From Tubiluchus corallicola (lineage: Eukaryota > Animalia > Priapulida): a stretch of 64,000 bases of DNA. This document shows positions 62,586 through 64,000 of the stretch, in pieces (the first letter of the stretch is position 1; the number at the start of each line of letters is the position of its first letter). Position numbers and translations under genes: made by a program. Under the pieces are notes generated by a model. It worked only from the letters and a program-made list of their open reading frames with translations, was not told the DNA's origin and ran no database searches. The stretch is taken from contig JAQGDQ010000078.1 in assembly GCA_030141605.1 (NCBI GenBank), positions 62,001-126,000 on the forward strand, written 5' to 3'.

Positions 62586-63636
62586 ATGATGTTGTACCAC
62601 GTTGACCAATATATTCTGAGACTTCTATATAATTCGTTAGTTTTCCCTTATTTACAATATTCCATCTTAACATGGGGTACGGCTTTTGCATCAATTCAAA
62701 AATTAATACAGACGCAACAAAACAAAATAGTAAAATTAATAACTTTTGCTCGCAACTATGATCATGCTACACCATCGTTCGTAAAATTACAAATTTTAAA
62801 AGTAAGAGATATTTACAATATTGAGTTGTTCAAATTTATGTATAAATTCAGTGCTGGTTTATTACCCGTACTTTTTAGTGAATATTTCACTAATGTTTCT
62901 GATATACATTCCTACTCCACAAGAGCTGCTTCTAATGAACAGTATTTTGTAGAGAGATTTTTTACCGGACATGGTTTCAATAGCTTAAAATCACGAGGAG
63001 TTAAATTATGGAACTCGTTGCCAAAAGATACCTTTGAAGGTAGCTTATTTTCTGCTTCCAAAAAATACATAAAATTCTTACTAAATGAATATACCTGTAA
63101 TACATAACTTGTAAGATTAATAAGCAAGCTAGCAAGTTTTTTTTCTTCTCATTTCCTAAGTAATTGTTGCTCTTTCTTATACTTACTTTTTCTCTTAAAT
63201 TTTCTATATTACACTTTTTTTGATACTTATTTTATCTCTCCATACTCTCAGTTTTTTAACTTTACTCACTAACCTTGGTCAAATTCCCCTGTCAATAAGG
63301 CCCCTATTTGAAAATATATATAATAATCATAATTACTGATTAATTGTATTGTTTTGTTTAGATTTAGGTATCATCTAACTTTATTATTTTTTGTTTTCAC
63401 TTATACTGTTTTCATTTATACTGTTTTTTATTATTATTTTTTCTTATTTGTTTTTGTTATCCGCAGCCTCACCATTTATTTTTAATATACTAATTTAATT
63501 ATAAGACAGGGCAGGAGACTAGATGACCCTATGGTCCTTCCCTGCCCTGCTCCACGACTATAATTAAGTAATATTTAAAAAACTTGTCATGTCAAACAAA
63601 TTGGAGAAAATAAATGTTCTATGTCTATGTCTATGT
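62586..63636 (+). mobile_element. 5'-truncated LINE (CR1/L2-type clade): ORF2 C-terminus, 3' UTR, stem-loop, (TCTATG)n tail
   Basis: Open 173-aa ORF (62586-63107): LYNSLVFPYLQYSILTWG, QNKIVKLI, FMYKF, HSYSTR, GVKLWNSLP. T-rich UTR; hairpin CAGGGCAGG..GACC-CTAT-GGTC..CCTGCCCTG at 63507-63549; AATAAA at 63609 then (TCTATG)3. Confidence 0.9.
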
Positions 63637-64000
63637 AGCGAAAAGTTGTTTTGATTTCGTTCTTATTATAAAAGAAATCTAGCTGTACATGAAAAGAACA
63701 GATAGTAACAAACAGCAATTAGTTATAATTAAATGATTATAATTGCCAGCCAATCAGCTAATAGCATATTTTTTTCTTCAAGGTCTCATTCCGTCTGTTG
63801 TAGACATTGAGGCATTACAATTTATTAGAGCGTTCCACATACTCCTATCTGCAGCTAGCAACATAAGTTCTTCTACTCCTAAAACTAGATTTGGTTGAAG
63901 TTGTTAAACAGCTTTATTTATGTTAGCTATCCAAATTGTTTTTGGTTTGACAGGTTTTTGCAAGGTTTTAAGGCTTCTTTTACGGAGATTCTTACTGGTG

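Overview
AT-rich genomic DNA from an invertebrate animal with GT-AG spliceosomal introns; the species cannot be identified from sequence alone. Minus strand: a complete 12-exon MSL3 gene (541 aa, chromo-barrel + MRG domains; 23646-35549) and the first three coding exons (PH domain) of a Tec/Btk-family kinase (16017-19744), whose remaining exons I could not find in the window. Plus strand: three consecutive genes with intronless CDSs. The first is a 1142-aa single-pass receptor-like protein with 3 DB modules, 4 FN3, 2 Ig domains and an FxNPxY tail. The other two are diverged tandem ADAM10-like metalloproteases with intact zinc sites; both lack the transmembrane helix and cytoplasmic tail and end in GPI-anchor-like signals. 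Intergenic and intronic DNA is full of transposon debris: Kolobok-like TTAA MITEs, hAT MITEs, a foldback element, LINE fragments, a decayed Crypton-like tyrosine recombinase, and a Penelope-like remnant carrying a minimal hammerhead ribozyme inserted in a (CCTTA)n array. All homology calls are by eye; no database searches were run.
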